A DNA stretch of 64,000 nucleotides from Octopus vulgaris (GCA_951406725.2 OX597820.1:50406001-50470000); one strand, 5' to 3'; numbered from the stretch's first letter, positions 43,990-57,584 are shown. A program made the numbers and translations. The notes: generated from the sequence alone by a model not told the origin.

Positions 43990-44248
43990 TGTTGTGATGA
44001 TACTTACGACACCCACTCGCGAGATAGACTGGTCCGAGTAAAATATAATTAGCAACGATCCGAGTGAGGTTCAGAGTTCGGAATCGAATGGAGTTGTGTT
44101 ATTTCGCAGTGAAATCAAAAAGCGTCGGCGGATTAGTATACAAGTAAAATTGTTTGTTAGTTCGTAAAGAGGTTTGTTAGTTCGTTACGTTATTCTTACT
44201 GTTGACTGGTTATCTTATTTATTGTACATAACAAATTACGTTACAACA
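43990..44248. mobile_element. Solo LTR (259 bp) with 5-bp TSD
   Basis: Termini TGTTGTGA...TTACAACA (7/8 inverted match), flanked by direct repeat CCAAC at 43985-43989 and 44249-44253. Confidence 0.75.
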
Positions 44249-45128
44249 CCAACTTAGCTTGAACGTTATGTTACAACCTTGGACGCAACAGTATTCACCT
44301 TGGGACAAACTCTCGTATAGATACATAATGCATAAAAGCACAGCTACATATTGTTAGTAGACGAAATTCTCCTGGAATGTGCGTCAGTAATGACAAAATA
44401 CGTGGTTTCTGCATACTACAATTCTTCAGTAGAAGCATCCGGTGACCGAATACCAGGCAAATCACTCTGATATGATTTATAGAAATTTAGTTTCTTTTGA
44501 TTTGTGTGGGGAGAGAGAGTGGGAAAGAGAGAGTTTATGGTAGTAGAAATGTGCAATGTTCGTGTTTAATTACAAACAGCATAAATTTTTGATAAATTTC
44601 TGTGTGCATTTGATTTTTCTGTCTCTCTGATTTGGAATATCAAATTTCAGAATGGTATTATTATTGTCACTAATACGTTCCTCAAAGATTACCGTCGATG
44701 AATACCATAGACACAATAGTCTCAATAAAACGTTGGAATTATTATGTTCTGAAATGCTATTATCATCCAAAAATAATCTCCATTAATATTAGTTTCTTTG
44801 AGAAACTACAACGACAACTTAATCATAATCTTCAATATATTGGATCACAGTTGAGTGTTATGTTTTCAATAACATCATCAAAGGAAAGAATCCTAAGTTA
44901 GCTTGTTAAAATAACTTTGTGACTAGCTAAATTATAGTTCATTGTCGAAAACTTTTATATAATGAATAATATAATGGGGTTTTATAAAATTTTACATGGA
45001 AACAGAATTGAAATCGTTTTCAAAATTTCTGACCCCGCACCGATATATGTTAAACGTTGCTGTGGTTAGAACAACAAATCTATTCTTTTCAAAAAAGCTA
45101 TTCTATTCAAAATTTAGTGATGGCATAT

Positions 45129-46314
45129 TATCCGGTTATTTCATAAGTAATGCCGTTTTTCAGACCGTATTTTTTTAAACATGCTCTAACACGTTTAAAC
45201 AAGATCTTGCCACGGGTGCATGAATATCACAGAACAAGGAATGCTTCAGTTCGATAGATTCTAGCTTTCAGACACGCGAATAATTATTTGTTGCTCTAAT
45301 AGACCCTCGTGAATACAGAGGTCACAAAAATGCATGCTAATGATGTCATGCTTTACGAGTATGAAAACTTCAACAAGGGGACGTTAGCATGCAAGAAATG
45401 GTGCTTTGAATAAAAAATAAAAAGGTGTTTTGAATATTCGAAAGTGCCAACGTTTGTTCCATAAATTTTCAACAAAGAGACTTAAGCTTGGAAGGACCGC
45501 CGCTCTAGACACCCTATCGCTTTCGATAATGATGTGTTGAAAGTCGCTACAGGAATAAATCAATATGCAACTGCTGAAGATTTAGCAGAAGAGGTTAATT
45601 CATCGTCATCATTTGCTCATTGCCACTTGCAAGAACTTGGAATCGTGTTTAAATTTGGCTAATGTGTTCCGCATGAACTGAGTGAAAACAATCGAAGAGA
45701 AAGTATCAATATCTGAACTGCCCTTTATCCACATGAGAAAAATATCTCCATTTTTGAACTGTCTAGAAACTGGTGATGAAAAGTGGATACTCTATAAGGA
45801 AGTTAAACGCCGACGTCAGTAGGTCAAACTTTCGTTGATATGTTTGATGAAATACGCTTTGACACAAAACCAGACGAATACTGCTCAAGTGCACTGTGAA
45901 CAAATTAATAGAGTGAATGAAAAACTTCTAGAAGAAAGTACTCTCTAGTCAATCGAAAGAGTGTCATTTTCCATCATCCCAATGCCAGAATTCATAGAGG
46001 ACGGATCAATCAGATTGGGAAAGGTTTCCACATCATTCGTATACTCCTGACCTTGCTCCTCCGGATTTTCATTAATTCCGAAGCATGCAAAATTCTATTC
46101 ATGGAAAAGAATACAATTTCTTAGAGGCAGTTGAAACGGATCTCCAAACGTTTTATAGGAATGATATAGAAAAACATTTTACAGCATCAGAAGAATGTTA
46201 TTGATTCAGATGGGGAATATATAAATGATTAAATTGGTACCTTTCTTACTTATTTTTCAAAAATGTCTTCAATGCCTAATACAAAAACGATATTACTTAT
46301 AGGCTGACCTGATA
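45129..46314 (+). mobile_element. Decayed mariner-type DNA transposon
   Basis: TIRs 45129-45160 / 46283-46314 (24/32 match, TA termini). Transposase remnants (W>C)VPHELS, ETGDEKWILY, YTPDLAPPDF and C-terminal DSDGEYIND*, with many stops and frameshifts. Confidence 0.88.
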
Positions 46315-46434
46315 CACTTACATTTGTATCATTAACAAAATTCTTTCACGGAATGAACATAAGAACAAAATGATGTAAACTAGGTTACTGAATTGCAGGA
46401 AGGTTCCTCACACGTACTCACAAAAAATGTTTTT

Positions 46435-46675
46435 GTTTTTCTTCTCTAGACACAAGGCCCGATTTTTCTTTCTGTTTTTTTGGGGAGGGGGGTGAAGGAG
46501 GGTCCCAGTCCATTAGATCGACCCCCTGTACCTATCTGGTACTTAGTTTATCGAACCCGAAAGGATGAAAGCCAAAGTCGACCTCGGCAGAATTTGAACA
46601 CAGAACGTAAAGACAGACGAAATACTGCTAAGCACTTCGCCCGCTGTACTAACGTTTTTTACAGCTCGCCGCCTT
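46435..46675 (-). mobile_element. SINE family B
   Basis: Same body as 28945-29162; ends agctcgccgcc on the + strand. Confidence 0.85.
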
Positions 46676-46903
46676 TTTGCTATCAAAAAAAAAAATACAA
46701 CAAAAATTAAATCGATGTAACAAGAAATCTAAAAAGAGTTCTTCATATCTCTCATGAAGTCGTACTTATTAAAGTTTTCATTCACTGGATAAAGATATAT
46801 GCACCGATCGTAGAGACAAAATGTCCGTTAATAAAATCTCCTTATGATAATATTCTGAATAAGAGTTTCCACATAAATATCGAAAGTCGTTAAATGCATA
46901 CTA

Positions 46904-46993
<90 letters not shown>

Positions 46994-47553
46994 GCACACA
47001 CACACACACGCGCATACACACACGCACATATATGTGAGTGTATGCATATATATGCAAGTGGGCACACTATAAAGAAAGTTCTAGAGGAGCTCTTTAAATT
47101 TTGATATGTTTACGTTACCATTTTCTTAGAAAGTGTATCAAGCATGAAAATTAATATCTGTTACCCATCATTTATGCCATAAAGAAAATTACTATCGTTG
47201 CATTCAGCAACTCAGCAGATTGTAAATCTCCCGTTTAATTCTCGGAATGTAGCTATCTATTCATCCACTAAGCGTCATACCTGCGCTTACATTACTCAAT
47301 TATTTGTCAGCTGCGAAAGAAACGTAAATTCCATATCAATTTGAATGCAGCATATTTTCATTTTTAAAACGCTTGCTTTTTTACGAGTGTCATGTAAAAA
47401 AAAGTACGAGCGTAAATATATCGCAGAAACAATGAAATTTTTGAGACAGTTATTATAACTGCATCCGTATCGTGAGGGCAGATACAAGATGGATATATTT
47501 TAGAAGTGAACACCAGGGATATAGTTTACTATCATCACTCACATATTCTCGTA

Positions 47554-47609
<56 letters not shown>

Positions 47610-47898
47610 TATATATAAATAAATATATACATTTATAACATGTATATTTGAATTTATGCATATATTTATATACGTAAGTATGTATTATGCACGTATACAT
47701 GCGTGTATGTAGGTATTTATGTATGTCTGTAGTGGGGGAAGAGTCACTTGCGTTGCGACCTAGTACACCAACAGACTAGAATTTTAGTATTGAGAGGTTG
47801 ACTCGACCAAAATAAAATTATATCTAAATGGTAATAAGCCGTCTTCCGTGCGACAATCAACATTAAACGGAAATGTGTTTTTGTATTTATATATATAT

Positions 47899-48059
47899 GC
47901 GCAGGAGTGGCTGTGTGGTAAGTAGCTTGTTTACCAACCACATGGTTCAGGGTTCAGTCCCACTGCGTGGCACTTTGGGTAAGCGTCTCCTACTATAGCC
48001 TCGGGTCGACCAAAGCCTTGTAAGTGGATTTGGTAGACGGAAACTGAAAGAAGCCCGTC

Positions 48060-48110
<51 letters not shown>

Positions 48111-48330
48111 TGTGTGCGTTTGTGTGTTGTCTGTGTTTGTCTCCCGCAACATCGCTTGACAACCGTTACAAACGTGTTGCCCCGTTACTTAGCGGTTCGG
48201 CAAAAGAGACCGATAGAATAAGTACTGGGCTTACAAAAGAATAAGTCCCGGGGTCGAGTTTCTCGATTAAAGGCGGTGCTCCAGCATGGCCGCAGTCAAA
48301 TGACTGAAACAAGTAAAAGAGTAAAAGAGA

Positions 48331-48331
<1 letters not shown>
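47899..48331 (+). mobile_element. SINE family A, full length
   Basis: Nearly identical to 29895-30303, with an expanded internal (TA)n and tail gtaaaagagtaaaagag. Confidence 0.92.
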
Positions 48332-48387
<56 letters not shown>

Positions 48388-48559
48388 TATATTTCCTATT
48401 TCACCGATGTGCATCGTTTGATTTTGATTTTGTCGACTACACAATATTGTAGGGTCAGTTGAGCACCGTCTTTGAGAAAAACAAAACCGTGACGTAATTC
48501 ACTATGCCAGAAATTTGGAAACTGCATACTGTATTGCTTAGCGTTTGGGCCGGAAGCCC

Positions 48560-49090
48560 CAATAGGAACATTTCAGTCTGAGGACATGTAATGAGAGTGA
48601 TGTGAATCAAACATTCAATCAGCATCATGGTGTTCGGAGTGATCACTAGCGATGGCGACGTTATGCTTGCATTCATTTTCCCACACGACATCTGACTGAA
48701 CACGGTGGCCTACATTAAGTACCTGGAGGAGGTAGTGTTGCCCTGGGTCAAGAGGGGGGGATGCTGGAAGACCCTATGTCTGGCAACAGGACTCTGCACC
48801 ATTCTACACAAGCAGGAGAACCCAGTCGTAGATGTCAGCCAATTTCTGCGACCACATCACCCCTAACATCTGGATACCTACCTCACCACACTGCAACCTG
48901 GTTGATTATTATGTAGGGCACAGTTGAGCGAGAGACTAACAAAACTCCTTGTAACACCAAAGATGAACTGAAGGCGAGGATGATGGCAGCATTCAACAAC
49001 TTAAACAAAATGATCGTCCAGAAGTGTTGCAGGTGATTCCGAAGTCGTCTGGAGGCCGTAGTTGATGCGAATGACGATTTTATTGTCAAA
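48560..49090 (+). pseudogene. Tc1/mariner-superfamily DD37D (maT-like) transposase C-terminal remnant
   Basis: IMVFGVITSDG...WQQDSAP...WIPTSPHCNLVDYY...FRSRLEAVVDA, with 37 residues between the second and third Asp. Contains stops and frameshifts. Confidence 0.82.
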
Positions 49091-49188
49091 ATTTATTCTC
49101 TAGTATTTCAAGATATTTTTATGTAATTTTGGTAAATATATCTCTTAAAATGAGATGTCAGTGTTATTTTCACTATTGCGCAATCTAT

Positions 49189-49280
<92 letters not shown>

Positions 49281-49329
49281 ATATAGTTAATCTATCTATA
49301 TATATATATATATATATATATGAAGACGG

Positions 49330-49380
<51 letters not shown>

Positions 49381-49381
49381 G

Positions 49382-49429
<48 letters not shown>

Positions 49430-49430
<1 letters not shown>

Positions 49431-50605
49431 TCCCTGTGTGTTATGCTCCATTACTTGATAGATGAAAAGATGCGTAAGCAAACGACGTAACGTATACTGC
49501 ATGTAAAATCGAACAGGAGACGAGCAGAAGATCTGTAATTCTTCATCAGCAATCGACCAATTCGTAATATTCAGTTTCGCACCTTCAACGATATGACTGA
49601 GAGCTTTCCAAATGGCAGTGCCCACCCAAAACGGGTTTTCTTGCAGAGAATTACGGACAAGAGCAAAGAAAACAAAACAAAACAAGTAAAATGACATAGA
49701 GTGTGATTCAGGACGGTGGACGATGACGAACAGTTGAACGAAATGTGGCCTTGGGTCCAAGGAAACGAATATAGTTGGTAACACTTAGAAAATGTCTTGA
49801 AGGATGGAGAACGGAGAGACAGAGGATTGGTGACTGGTCAGCTTTGGGACCAGTGTAAGAAGGGAAGAAAAGGGGCAACTGGCCGCTGCTCACTTAACAG
49901 TAGCTGGTTGGGCACAGCAGATTGAAAGGGAAGGAGAAAGGCTAAGAATACAAGAGGGAGGGAGAGAAAAGGTGAAATTAGAAAGGCTAGAATAGAAATG
50001 AGAAGTTGAGAGAAAGAGAAGTGGAAAGAAGGAGGTAAGTATCACACGGGTACATAAAAAACTTAGTTGTTAATACAATTTCGGTGTGGGTTGCGTTCCA
50101 TTACTTGATTAACGAAAAAGATGTATAAACAAATGACATAAGACATCATCTGCCGTTACGTTCTGAGTTCAAATCCCTCCGAGGTCGAATTTACCTTTCA
50201 TCCTTTCGGGGTCGATAAATTAAGTACCAGTTACACCTTTTTTTACTCTTTCTCTTTCTTACACTAGTCCCGTAGCTGACCAGTTGCAACTTCTCTTTCT
50301 CTCCGTTCTCCATCCTTCAAGACATTTTCTAAGTGTTACCCAGTTTTCTCGTCTTCTTGGTGCCAAAGCCGTATTTTATTCGACTGTTTGTCTTCGTCCA
50401 CCGCCCTAAACCCCACTCTATGTCATTTTGCTTTTTTATGCTTGCTCCTGTCCCTATTTCTCTGAAAAAGAAAAACATCTTTTGCAGGTACCGCCGATTG
50501 GGAAGTGGTCAGTCTTATCGTTAAAGGCTTGAATCTGAATTTTACCAATTGGTCGATAACTGATGACGAATTTCGGACCTTCTCTTTGTCTCCCGTTCGT
50601 TTTTA
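49430..50605. repeat. Diverged ~370-bp inverted repeat (~49500-49875 / ~50240-50605) plus short direct repeat (49430-49490 / 50080-50145)
   Basis: Anchor ggtaacacttagaaaatgtcttgaaggatggagaacggagaga is inverted at ~50297-50340; direct repeat ccattacttgat...gaaaagatg. A family B SINE fragment lies at 50146-50236. Confidence 0.8.
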
Positions 50606-50642
50606 GGTTAATTTATGTCTTTTGCTTATACATTTTTCCTAT

Positions 50643-50679
<37 letters not shown>

Positions 50680-52609
50680 ATTATATATGTATTTATATAT
50701 TTGTGTGTGTAAGAGTGTGTGCGTGAGTGAGTCTGTGTAACTAGGTGTGTAGGTGTGTGTGTGTGGTGAGTAAATAAATTGTTTTCTATCTGGATTCCCA
50801 TTAGTCTCTTCAAGGCACTCGCACATAAGAATTGAAGCTTGTCCACCACAAATTTCACTTCACAGGACGAATCTGCAATTATTTGGAATCGTAATAGATG
50901 TCAGAGAATGAATGTTGAAATAGTAGATGTTGCAATGGAGCTATTTATTACTTTGCATTTGAAACTTTGAAAGAGCCTTTAGACTCGCGGTGTTATCACG
51001 GAATCGTCAGAGGGAAATTATTTAAAAGAAATGGTTTCAAATTAATTGACACAGCTCATATTTGTAAGTAACTGGATGAAGCATAAGATATGGAAATATC
51101 AGTGGTAGTATGAATATATGCAATAAAAATATATAAAATATAGATAATGTGAAACATTACTGAGACTTTATACGAAAGCAAGTTTAGTATTTACTCATAA
51201 CTAAGGGAAGTGAGGAGAAAAATCTAATTTATATAGCTGTTATATCTCTTCATTTATGTTCAGAATTAGAAAGAAATTAAATACATTTTATTTTATATGT
51301 TAATTCGTAAGAAATCCCAGTATCTCTAATATAATGCTCGCATTTACAAAATATATTTGAAATCATGATAGAAATCATATATTCTTCTCAAAAATGGGAC
51401 AATATACAAGCCGACTACAAATATGAATGTTCAATAAGATTTGGTAAGAAACATTCGAATATAAATATTAACGATCTGTAATGTACCATGGTCATTGAAC
51501 TAGTTTATGAATACTGGGAGAATTAATATACTAAAGAAATACTTGTAAATATAAATAAACTTAAAACTAAACTGCAAGTTATATTACGTTTTTATTTCTT
51601 TTTAATTCCTGTAACACCATTATGCAAACAAACTGTACGGCGGAATTCTAACTAAATCGATTTCAGGTATACTGTTTGAGAATGTGTTTTCAGACACTGC
51701 TGCAAAAGAGAAGAGATATGAAAAAAACATGGCCATCTAGATGACCGCAATTGATATATACTTATCGATTTATAGAAGAAATAAAGGAATAGGAAAAAAG
51801 ATCTTGCAGGACTATGTTCTAGTTATAAGAATGATAGAGTTAATGTTTAATATTCAAATCAAAAACTCATTTAAATATTATAACCGTTAAATATTATTTT
51901 GAAAAACCATTATAGTTTTAAACTTTAACATTAGCAGAACGTAATGGAAAAAGAAATTTAAAGAGAAAAATGAAACTTAACTTTCTAATAAAAGAGAAAG
52001 ATCTCAAATTTATGAGTAAATATTTTATAACGTTAGTTAGTTTGAATACCTCTTGAAGAGATTTAGTTGAGAGACGGCATGTTATGTCAATATTTATGTA
52101 AAAACGTGTATCTAAATTTTTGTATGTGGCTGGTTTATTATATAGCGAAACTTTACTACTAAAGTAGACTAATAATTTTAATATTAAATTTATATATTTA
52201 AGCTATAACTAATAAAGGTATTTATGTGTTTATGCCTTTCGATTCAATACCAGAAAACTGCATGCGTAAGTTTGTATGTGTGTGCCTATCTAACTGTATT
52301 TTGTATTAATAGGAATGGGAATATACTTAATTAAATGTATAGATTTAAAATAAAGAAAGCTTTACGTGGATGTAGCGAGCTAGTTATAAATAGTTGGAAG
52401 GAAGAGAACCTATGTGACAGATAGAATGGAAAGGAGGATAGAGTAAAATTAATTATTGGAATGTTATAGAAATATAGAATACAACAGTCATGCAACTACA
52501 GTACAATTTTAAAGCATTGATACATTCGCAAACACCTTCGCGAACAAACACAAACCTATGAGTAAGCGTTCAGCGTTTTTGTAGATGCTGCTTTTTGTAT
52601 TATATACAT

Positions 52610-52900
52610 TAACGGGTATTCGGAAAAATTTGACAGTTTACACAAAAGGAATAGAAGGCACAATATATACCATCCGAGACAAAAAATAAACAAAAAAAAT
52701 TATAAAATAAAAAAGTAGATACCAAATACATTATGGCTGGAAGGTAACAGTTCACTCATAGTAGCCGCTGTCAGTTTCCACTACAGCCTCTAAACGACTA
52801 TCACTATGCCCTTGAGAAAATCTATGAACATTTCTTTGACCATCAGCTCGACCTTGGTGTTGCTGTATTCCTTTAAAAACTGGGTGTTCGTGTTCATACC
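52610..52900 (-). mobile_element. 3' fragment of a maT/Tc1-like transposon
   Basis: Minus strand encodes ...SRLEAVVETDSGYYE*, similar to the C-terminus at 49040-49085. Confidence 0.55.
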
Positions 52901-53418
52901 ATTTAGCATTGATTTAAATTCGAATAGATTATCAACGCTTTCATTTCAAAGTATAAGAAAATCCAGATATCTTTTCCGATATTATCTTTGTAGTGATTAT
53001 TAGTAGCAGTTGTAGTAGTAGCAATAATAATAGTGCGATCAGGAAGGAAAAGGAGCGTCGCAGAGTTCAAATGTGTGTACTCCTACAAAGAACCAATGAG
53101 AGGACTGACTTTGGCCTTGAAAAGGTTCAACTTACCTTTTTCTGTTTTAATTACAAATAGAAAATATAACAATAATAATACACAGGCACACACACACGCA
53201 CGCGCAAATACACACATACACACACAAGAACACACACACACATATATATATGTTTTCGAAATTGTGCAGTTTGTATATGTTGGCAGTAGTTTATCTCTTA
53301 AAGTTTCAAAGTTTTAATGGTCATCGTTTCTGTGTTTGACTAGAGGGAACAAAAGTGTTCTTGTACTAAAAGTATGTTTACTAAAAGAATGTTTATGTTT
53401 ACCCAGGAAAGGATAGGC

Positions 53419-53809
<391 letters not shown>

Positions 53810-55130
53810 GCCAGTTGTTCACTACCAGTGAACTAATGTAACACCTATTATTTTTCGATCACCATCTGGAGTATTCGAGCGGTTCCAAGCAGTGCTGTTT
53901 TCTGCAAGTGCTCCACCCTTCTCGCAGCCCCAATTTGGTCCATGTACTTCTCAAGATTTTTACTCACTGTTTCCAGGGTTCCAATAATTATTTGTACTAC
54001 TGCTAACTGTTTCATCGATCATAACTGCTTACACTCCCAAAGTAACCTGTCATATATATCGACTTTTCTTTCTTCCTTATCACATACCTTTTTTCAGCTG
54101 GGCATGCTATATACATAGTCCAGCATAGTTTGCTTTCTTGCTCAAGTAAGGCAGTATCTCGTTTCCTATTCTCTCTTTCATGATCGCAATGAATCATAAA
54201 ATCCCATAGGAATTTTGCATTATCATTTTAAATGATGCCTTCAGGTTTATGTTCTTACGAAGTTTTTGCTCAATCAAGTCCATACGTGTCACAAAGTGTC
54301 CACTGAACAATCCTTACTAAATTGTCGTGATATCTCTTATACTCTTTTTGGCCTAGTGGCGTACATTGACTAGTAATATGCCATACTGCACTTATCACTT
54401 TCTATTGCGTTGTCTATTCTGTATTTGATGCAATTCGTTCTTAATACTTGCTCTTGGGCAGACTCCGTTTCCGGTTTTATATAACATTCAGTCATCCATA
54501 GCCATCTTTTTTCTCAGTCTTATTTTCATCATCCCTATGAAATTGTCCATGCATTCTTTTCTTTATCCACCTATTTTCAGTTCCATTCATTCTCGAGTCA
54601 TTGTATAGTGCCTTATCTTTGCAATCTTCCATCCTACACAAGCCTGACCGACATACTTCCAATAATATTTCTGTGGAATGTTCTACATACCATGTTACGT
54701 TGTTTTCCTCTGCTTTAATGTTGTGTTCGCATCCAATCAGTCCTCTTCCTTCCATTTTCCTTGGTTCTTACAGTTTGCGTGTCTCACTTTTTCGGTGGAT
54801 TGTTCCATATCTAGTCAGCAACTCCTTTGTCTGTCAGTCTAAGCTGGTTAGTTCGTCTACTGTCTATGCGATTACCCCTGCTCCATATCTAAGTACTGAA
54901 GTCGCCCAAGGGTTGATGACCTCAATCTTATACTTCGACGTAATGATTAGTTTCAGTGCGCAAGTACCCCACCTAAAATTTTTCTCTCATTTCTGTATCC
55001 ATTAATTTTTCCATTACCAATATCCCCAAGTACTTATAACCCGTCTCTTCTATCTACTTAATATCGTCCCCCGTACATACATTTGATTTTGCCTCTCTTC
55101 AAGACTAACACACCGCACTTTTTCAGTTAA
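53810..55130 (-). mobile_element. Dong/R4-like LINE 3' part (RT C-terminus + restriction-like endonuclease), degraded
   Basis: Minus strand: GYKYLGIL, GRGLIGCE, MHGQFHR, RYHDNLVRIV, NAKFLWDFMIHCDH..NRKRD, IIIGTLETVSKNLEKY...LQKTALLGTARILQMV. The 3' end joins (TAA)n, the known Dong target. Confidence 0.85.
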
Positions 55131-55184
55131 ACTTGTAGCAGAAAATATTTTGTACATTTCACATATGAAATATATATTTCATTT

Positions 55185-55655
55185 ATTATTTTATTATTTT
55201 GATACGTTTCAGCTCTAAATCTGTGGCAATGCTGGAACACCCCCAGTGTAATCACCTTTTCGATGCCCAATCTTATGTGATTGGATTTTGTTTAGGGAGG
55301 GACTTCGACACTGCTGCCCGCTTTAGAGTCTCCTGCCTTGATATTGGTTCATCTGGAACCTTGGATAGCAGGAGGTCAAGTTGTTTCTTTACAATATCTA
55401 CCCCTACTCCAAGAAGATCTCTCAGATGTTTTGGTAATGCATTAAATAACTGTGTCGCTGAATCGCAAGCTATTACAGCATATATGCTCACTCCAGACGA
55501 AATAGATGGAACTTTTGGAACAGTGCAGTAACATACAGTTCGGGAATTACTATAGATCTTGATACCGAAGTTTTGGTGTCCAACATAGAACCAGCATAGT
55601 TTCCATTTTGCTTGTTCTGAAGTTCTCAGAATCTATCCAGTCATTTGCCAGCCAT
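55185..55655 (-). mobile_element. CR1-group LINE 3' fragment (related to the 33-36 kb family)
   Basis: QLFNALPKHLRDLLGVGVDIVKKQLDLLLSKVPDEP aligns with QLFNILPKDLRDLHGVDADVFKMKLDLFLSGILDEP; same 3' UTR motif. Confidence 0.85.
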
Positions 55656-55700
55656 TCGCCAGCCATCATACTCATATATGTATATGCATATGTATATAAG

Positions 55701-55760
<60 letters not shown>

Positions 55761-56096
55761 CATACATACATGCATATATATATATATATATATCATCACA
55801 ATCAAGGAACGGCCATAATAGGCCATTCACCCACTAGAAATAACAGCCAAAAGCTTTAACCGCAAAATAACATTAATACCGTAAACCAGGAGAAAATTGA
55901 AAAACTTTTACTTTTTTTGCCACCCTATATTGATTAATTATGAATTTTCTGGTTAGTTCCGTAATGGAATCGGTGGCTTATATTTATTTGCTGCCGATAA
56001 ATTTGGCGCGAGTGCGACGATTTGAAAATTTTAGGTCAGATATTGCCGAGGTAGCAAGAGGAATGCCTCGTGAAAAATATCTGTTCCGACTTGGCT

Positions 56097-56203
56097 ATTT
56101 CTTACTGATGAGTCTAAGGGCCTATGGTGGATTGGCTTGATTTAATTTAATCAGGTTAGTTTACCATTAAACGGTAGATGAAACGGTGCATCGTCTAAGA
56201 AAT
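56097..56203 (+). ncRNA. Type I hammerhead ribozyme, copy 1
   Basis: Stem I atttctta/taagaaat (8 bp); CTGATGA 56105-56111; stem II gtcta/tagat with a 19-bp inner hairpin; GAAAC 56180-56184; stem III ACGG-TGCA-TCGT; GTC triplet 56193-56195. Confidence 0.85.
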
Positions 56204-56588
56204 TACAGGGTAAAAGTTTTTCAATTTTCTCCTGGTTTACGGTATTAATGTTATTTTGCGGTTAAAGCTTTTGGCTGTTATTTCTAGTGGGTGAATGGCC
56301 TATTATGGCCGTTCCTTGATTGTGATGTTGAACGTAAAAATGGTTTATGACTATTTAATTTTTTCCCACTAGGCCGCTGGAGGCAAAAGAATTCTACAAA
56401 ATTTTTTTTTGCCACCCTATATTGATTAATTATGAATTTTCTGGTTAGTTCCGTAATGGAATCGGTGGCTTATATTTATTTGCTGCCGATAAATTTGGCG
56501 CGAGTGCGACGATTTGAAAATTTTAGGTCAGATATTGCCGAGGTAGCAAGAGGAATGCCTCGTGAAAAATATCTGTTCCGACTTGGCT

Positions 56589-56695
56589 ATTTCTTACTGA
56601 TGAGTCTAAGGGCCTATGGTGGATTGGCTTGATTTAATTTAATCAGGTTAGTTTACCATTAAACGGTAGATGAAACGGGGCATCGTCTAAGAAAT
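56589..56695 (+). ncRNA. Type I hammerhead ribozyme, copy 2
   Basis: Identical to copy 1 (offset 492) except loop III TGCA>GGCA. CTGATGA 56597-56603; GTC 56685-56687. Confidence 0.82.
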
Positions 56696-56917
56696 TACAG
56701 GGTAAAAGTTTTTCAATTTTCTCCTGGTTTACGGTATTAATGTTATTTTGCGGTTAAAGCTTTTGGCTGTTATTTCTAGTGGGTGAATGGCCTATTATGG
56801 CCGTTCCTTGATTGTGATGTTGAACGTAAAAATGGTTTATGACTATTTAATTTTTTCCCACTAGGCCGCTGGAGGCAAAGAATTCTACAAAATTTTTTTT
56901 TTGCCACCCTATATTGA

Positions 56918-56948
<31 letters not shown>

Positions 56949-56976
56949 GACATACATATATGTATGTATGTGTGTA

Positions 56977-57035
<59 letters not shown>

Positions 57036-57584
57036 ATGTATACACGTACATTCATATATATAAATAGGAAATAGGGACCAACAAGGATGCAATTTTCGCT
57101 GTAAATAGCAGTCAATAACAGTTCGACCTTAGGTAAAGCTTCACTGAATGTATAGTGTCAAAGATGTGTGCGAGCGGCGAATATAAAACACATTTTCGTC
57201 TTACCTCTAGGAAGAACTTCAGAGAAATGGATAACCTAGTACTCGAGTTTCGTACTTTTTAGAATACGTTTGCTATCGTAAAATATTGGTCTGCATCGAC
57301 TAGGTCTACCGAAAAGACTAAATTTAGATATCCGCCATATCAATACCTGTATACTCGGTCAATAGCTTCAGCCATAAACAGAACCGAGATCAATGAAAAA
57401 TTTTTGTATAAAAGAATAAAAATTCTTGCAACAAAATAATATTGTTTTCTAGCGAAATAATGCACCGTAAAGGTAGAATTATAATGAGGAAATTAATGAA
57501 ATATACATTACATATATGAAATGTACAAAATATTCCTTGCTACAAGTCTAGATTTCTTTTAATTTCTGACACTTGTAGTCTGCA

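Larger units (their letters stand above)
55794..56924 (+). mobile_element. Young Penelope/retrozyme-like element: 118-bp 5' inversion + ~2.06 tandem copies of a 492-bp hammerhead-containing unit, in (TA)n
   Basis: 55794-55911 is the exact reverse complement of 56210-56327. Units start at ~55912 and ~56404, with a partial unit at ~56895. Copies are nearly identical. Confidence 0.85.

Noticed and set aside
55940-56632. Two identical 66-aa ORFs
   Set aside because: By-product of the 492-bp tandem duplication. No recognisable domain, and the frame overlaps the ribozyme core.
57185-57232. Minus-strand CTGAAG...aagacGAAAA hammerhead-like string
   Set aside because: Core A9 is missing, and there is no stem I/III or valid cleavage triplet.
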